Shown: positions 58,808-64,000 of the stretch, piece after piece
Layout: each line of letters starts with the position of its first letter
Numbering within the stretch: the stretch's first letter is position 1
Origin: Selaginella moellendorffii
Lineage: Eukaryota > Plantae > Lycopodiophyta
NCBI RefSeq assembly: GCF_000143415.4
Contig: NW_003314399.1
Coordinates: 15,798-79,797 of the forward strand
Length of the DNA: 64,000 bases
Direction: 5' to 3'
The notes under the pieces: generated by a model
Databases searched by the model: none
What the model was told of the DNA's origin: nothing
What the model saw: the letters and a program-made list of their open reading frames with translations, nothing else
Translations under genes and position numbers: made by a program

Positions 58808-60420
58808 CCACTTTGGGGCCTAGGGATTATATGTCTCACAACTCCACCACCCATAGACGAAGTTCGATGTCCTTATTGAACGATAAACTATTTTATAAAG
58901 TAATACCAACATGTATTACCCTTTCCATCCTTGGCACTTTGCCAATATTTGTCAATAGTTTGACACTGAAGGCTCACCATGCCTTGTTCACCCTCTAAAG
59001 AGCATAGTCTCTCCAACTTAGAAACTCATTTGACCACTTGTGATGGTTCTCTCGTTTTATTGGTTTAGTTCTCGCTAAACTTGTTAGAAACACCTTCTCT
59101 AACTCAATCCCACTACTCATTCTCGAGTAGTCTCAATTTCCATCGATATAACCCTTGCACTTTGGAACTTTTAATTCTAACTTCTCGGAGTCTATTTCCT
59201 GGATGTCTCTGACACCTTGCATTACACATATTATGCAACTCCACTTCCCCATCCTAGAAAGTTCTCTACTTAAGGGCACCGTCATCCTCTCTTCTACTTC
59301 ATGTTACCTTTAGCACTAAATTCTAGTTATCATAATTTGTGCTAAGGCTGTCCACGGCCCTATCATTTGGCTACCTTACAACTCCTTCCTTTTGAGCTTT
59401 CACTTTCGCCAAATCAAAGTAATTGGGAATCCATCCTTGGAAACACATTGCCTTCCCCACAATCCGTTAGCAACCAACACCTTCGTGTTCCTGTCCTAAC
59501 CTTGTTATTTGGATTCCTTCCCATGATTCCCATGGCTCTATTTTTTTTTTTTTTTTTTCTGGCCATTAATCTTTGCTCCTATCCTTTGATTGTTGCACCC
59601 AGCAACATAAGATTGCTACCTCCATTTCCGAGGTATCCTTTCAATTCCATAACAAGGACTTTGCTTTGCCAAGTCCGGAGGGTGTTCACCCCTAATACAT
59701 CTCTTTAGCATTTTCTGCTATGGGCTCTATCCACGGCCTAACTTTGTGACCCTCTCAGGGGTCTTTTATAGAGACTACTTTCTTCAGACATGCTATGCCA
59801 TTGCATTGACATAACTCATTTCCCTTAGGTGTTCTTCCCATTTGGTCATCTTGACCAAGCCACACCATTCTCAATAGTTCAAGTCAACACTTTGAATTAG
59901 GAACTTTATTCCTTAACTTCACAAGGACTTTGTCCTTATTTTAGCCATAAGATCACCTAGTGATCTAACCTTGGCACCTTAATAGGTTTGCCAATAGGTA
60001 TTAAGTTTTCTAGACCTTTAAATTGTTCACTATAACCCTGGGGGCATCCTCCACACTTGGCGGTGCACCCAAGCCAACCCTTCTAGCCAAGGGTGCATGG
60101 CAAGTGAGATTGGGTGTCCCCATCTCCTTCACCACGTCTTTGGTGCCACTTGCACCAAAGTGCTCAAGTTAGGTATGCCAAGCCACACTAAGCAATCTAA
60201 CCATGCATCACGACTTCGGGGCATCCCCCGCTTGGCGGTGTGCCCAAGCTAGTCTCCTTACTAAGAGTCCATGACCACCGAAATATAACTATCCTCATAT
60301 TCCAAACCATCACTATACCCTAGTGAGTTGGGACTTGAACCCAAGCACTAGAGGGTCGGGACTCGAACCCAACCTCCGTATATGCATCTACAGATGGAAT
60401 CACCCAGGATGCCTGGCGTG

Positions 60421-63400
60421 TGTGAGACACAAAATCCCTAGGCCCCAAAGTGGAGCCGAAAGGGTGCCATGTGGTAGTGGCCAAAGTGAAAGCCAAACGA
60501 GCGTAACACGTTTGGACTAAAAGCTCCGACTTGAAAAGGTCGAGAGTGGGAGTGGAACTCCCAACGAAGTGCTCGAGGAACGAGCACGAAGCGAACAATA
60601 AACGAGGCTCCAAAAAGGGACCCAAAAAGGACCAACACATGACACGTGGAAGAGTCCGAGATGAACCCGAGATGGACCCAAGTTGGGGTCCGAAGTGGAG
60701 TCCGAAGTGGAGTCCAAGATGGACCCAATTTGGGGTCCAAAATGGAGTCTAAAGTGGAGTCCAAGATGGACCCGAATTGGAGTCCGAAGTGGAGTCCGAA
60801 GTGGAGTCCGAGAAGGACTTGAGATGGAGTCTGAGATGGACCCGAGATGGACCCGAGATGGAGTCCAAGATGGAGTCCGAGATGGACCCGAGATGGAGTC
60901 CGAGATGGACCTGAGATGGAGTCCGAGATGGACCCGAGATGGAGTCCGAGATGGAGTTCGAGATGGAACCAAGATGGAGTCCGAGATGGAGCCGAGATGG
61001 AGTCCGAGATGGAGCCGAGATGGAGTCCGAGATGGACCCGAGATGGAGTTCGAGATGGACCCGAGATGGATCTGAGATGGAACCGGGATTGAGACCGAGA
61101 CCAAGTCCGAGTCCGAAACCGGGACCGAGACCGAGTCCGAGTCCGAGTCTGAGTTCGAGTCCGAGTCCGAATACTAATACAGACAATTGGGTGAAAGCCC
61201 AAAGCGATCATCCCCCCGAGGGGGGGGCTGCAGGGGGTTCCAAAAGTATAGTAGGGAGAGTATGGGGGTTGGAGCCCAGTGGAGTTAGTTTGGCCAGGAA
61301 AGGCCAGTTTGGCCCAGGAGAGGCTAGTTTGGCCCAGAAAGGCCATACCCAGTGTTGGGTGATGAGCTGACCACTGGGAAGTCCAAGAGTCCAAGACTAA
61401 AGTGAATATGGACCGACAAGTGGGGTAGCTTGGGGAAGTATTCAAGAGCCGGCTCTAGTTCCCCCGAGAGATCGAATGGTCAATGCTTCCAATCTAAGTG
61501 TGGTGGCACTACTTACTTGGATACGAGGCGTGGCTCAACGGAACCTCGCTCTAAGCCCGTGGCTAGAGCACCAAAAGGGCAAAAGGTGGGGACAGTACCC
61601 ATGAGGCGGTGAAAAGGAAGAAGAGTAATCCTCTAGTGCAGTGACCAAGGATACGATCACATGGTGAGAAGTCCTAAAGGATAGTGGGACTTAAAGGTCG
61701 GGCTTGCAAGCCTTGATCCAATGGTAGTGTTGGTGAACACAGCCATGGACGGAAAGGGACTTAGTGAGGACTAAAAAAGGGATATTGGGGAAGGCTATTC
61801 CCCATATCGGTGGGCATCCTAAGGATGTTAAGGAGTAGATCTGGGATGATCACTCACGGACGGATGGCCCAGTCTTTGAGAGACGGGACTATGATGCAGG
61901 TGGCATTAGACCACCAGTGTGACCAAGGTAAATGGGCATGGCCTTAGCATAACGGGCCGATACGTCGGTGGTACCTTGGGGTGTCGGTCATGGGATTGGA
62001 CACGTGGAGCACTTGGACCAAGTGCAAAGGTTGAGTGGCATGGATGCCATTCTCGGGGCTAGCAAGCCCCAAATCCTAACTGGGACATATGGAGGTTGTG
62101 AATGAGACTCCTCCAAGTGGTCGGAGGTGTGGTTAAGTGACTAAAGTAAAATGGAAAATTTAGTCGCTTACAACTTGGTATCGGAGCTGTCCCTTAGTCC
62201 GACTTTTATTGGTGCTCAAGTATATCACCACTAGTGTTGGCATCGGAAGGTCCGAGGAGTGGGCCTATCCTTGAGGAGTAGCAGGTTGGGAAGACATGGC
62301 TCTCCATTACAGTTCATGTGTGAACTTGTAGACAAGGTGGTGGATAGAAAAGGGCCAATAATGGAACGACTTTGGGATCTTGGGAATAGTGCAAGGTTTT
62401 CCTCATTTAGTTGAGGAGGTGATCCAGATGAGCATTTGACTCAACAAACTGGCTAATGTAGTTGTGGTAAACAACTATAGTTAGGATCATGGGGAAGATG
62501 CAGACTCCAAAAAAATAAAGGAGTCACAAGATTATCCTCATATAGTTGAGGCTAGTGCTCATAAATTTGAGACCGGAATTGATGACCATGGGAGGTCAAA
62601 TATGGAAGAGGACACAAGTCCTTGAAATGGTAGCCGGGGCTACCTCTAATAAATGCTGGAACCACCCAAGGAGTTGGGGGTGTACTTAGAGGATGAGTTG
62701 GTATTCTCATCACATGGACAAGTAGTTCTAAGGGGCAAAAGGTTGCCCCCAGAGAACGAAATTGAGTGTTGGAATAACACTCATGATGGTGGTCCTGGTG
62801 AGTAGGACATGAATACAAGAAGTTGTATTCCAATGAGCTAGCACCTCAAAGGTAAGACCTTATAGGTCAAGGGATTAGGAAAAGTCCAAAAGGCTGAATG
62901 ACTTAAGTGGAGTCAAGGAATGGTCCTAAAGGACTGATGAAAGCATTTGGACTGAGGTGTGTTGTGCCCCACGAAGGATGGGGAGGATCATGAGATCCAA
63001 GTATGAGAACGATGGGTATCTCATGGGTGGCAGAATGTGCCATACTAAAGTCGTGAGAAAGGTGTTCCCAGAAGAAGCAACTTTGGTGCAGAGTTGTGTG
63101 CGAACACTATGGTGTAGTGCTAACGGATAGTTGGCATGAGAAACGACTGGGTTGGTCTTGGCAAAGACTTAGACACAAGTGCAAAGTGTCATAAAGGCAG
63201 ACTTATGGAGCCGATGGTGTGGGGACACCAAATGGGCCAAGGTGTGATGCCTTCTGATTATGTTGATGGGTTCATGAGAACCCCTTGCCAAGGGAATCCC
63301 AATGGAAATGGGAATGGCATAGCCTAAGCTGGAAGGCATGTGGTAAAGTGTGGTGACCCGGATAATGATGGAGGTGTGCAAGCACCAGCAATGAGTTGTA

Positions 63401-63908
63401 GGATTTGACAACTATGAGGCAACTAAGAAAGAGGTGTAGGTAATTGGTTAAACAGGTATAAGGTAGCTATCCAAGACTTCTTAATGGCATAAAGAAGTTA
63501 AATATACCCTTATCGGGGATAAGTTGCTTATATTGCGATATAGTAAGTCAATGTCGTAAAAGGAAATGCTCATTGTCAAGGAGGCTATCATTGGGACACC
63601 CAAACACTCTAGAACACCAAAAGGTGGTGTTTAGTGTTGCTAAGGGCAATAGATAAGGCCCAAGGGATAAAGTCCCTAGCGAATGATGGATAGAAGGTGC
63701 TATCTAAACGTCCAAGGTTACAGAGATGGGAGAAATCTCTCTACCCGAATTGGACAAAGTCAAAAAGGGATTTTGGCAAGGCTAATGATGGGCATAGAAA
63801 GCCCCATAAGTAGCAACGGTAATCCCAGTGGGTGGGATTACAAGGTGAGCAAACCCAGATTAAGGAACCACTCCTTAGGCTGTCGGGTAGCTTCATCCCT
63901 ATGAATAC
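60421..63908 (+). mobile_element. Family A copy 3: 5' LTR (60421-62172), tRNA-iMet PBS (62176-62187), decayed gag/pol; nested in copy 2
   Basis: TGTGAGAC...GCTTACA then ACTTGGTATCGGAGC; gag-like DPDEHLTQ at ~62422. Confidence 0.92.
60650..61170. repeat. Expanded 11/12-mer and 6-mer tandem array in the family A LTR
   Basis: (gagatggagtcc)n, (gaagtggagtcc)n, (ccgagt)n. Confidence 0.95.
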
Positions 63909-64000
63909 TGTAAGCGACTAATTTTTCCATTCTACTTTAGTCACTTAACCACACCTCCGACCACTTGGAGGAGTCTCATTCACAACCTCCATAATCCAAC
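63909..64000 (-). mobile_element. Family A copy 4, LTR end, nested in copy 3
   Basis: tgtaagcgactaatttttccattctactttag interrupts the copy 3 internal region. Confidence 0.88.

Larger units (their letters stand above)
57587..60420 (-). mobile_element. Family A copy 2: 3' internal region, PPT and 3' LTR (57587-58840)
   Basis: LTR termini as in copy 1; PPT at 58841-58852; interrupted at 60421. Confidence 0.9.

Noticed and set aside
60650-61170. CRISPR-like array, or repetitive proteins (GLGLGL, SRTPSRVHL ORFs)
   Set aside because: Head-to-tail 6-12 bp units without unique spacers, inside LTRs of a plant genome; the ORFs are stop-free by-products of the repeat. The same applies at 44.5 and 54.4 kb.

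Overview
Eukaryotic plant nuclear DNA. The very short (about 50-90 nt) introns, very high gene density and Tat element with RNase H upstream of RT suggest a Selaginella-type lycophyte (inference). Bases 1-30.4 kb are gene-dense: CHASE cytokinin-receptor histidine kinase (partial), nuclear-encoded mitochondrial-type RPS11, auxilin-like, PRP3, two peroxisomal acyl-activating enzymes, MPP-alpha, a miniature FRG1-like protein, LETM1-like, VPS55-like, FatA-like thioesterase and an OVATE protein. A four-gene block (AAE/MPPa/FRG1-like/LETM1) appears to have an inverted copy of itself nested inside it, with reciprocal gene loss. From about 31 kb there is a lectin-RLK pseudogene, a tRNA-Thr pseudogene and then a nested LTR-retrotransposon field. 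One ~6.7 kb inversion (38833-45531) explains three separately broken elements there. The field also holds a TatI-like element, a TRIM, a 5'-truncated non-LTR insert, and a Cassandra-like solo LTR carrying a 5S rRNA internal promoter. That small LTR seems homologous to the core of the large LTRs of the dominant, formerly coding family (called family A here). This is the most novel-looking signal: a possible link between Cassandra-type 5S LTRs and a large gag-pol-derived element. Exon boundaries and alignments were read by eye.
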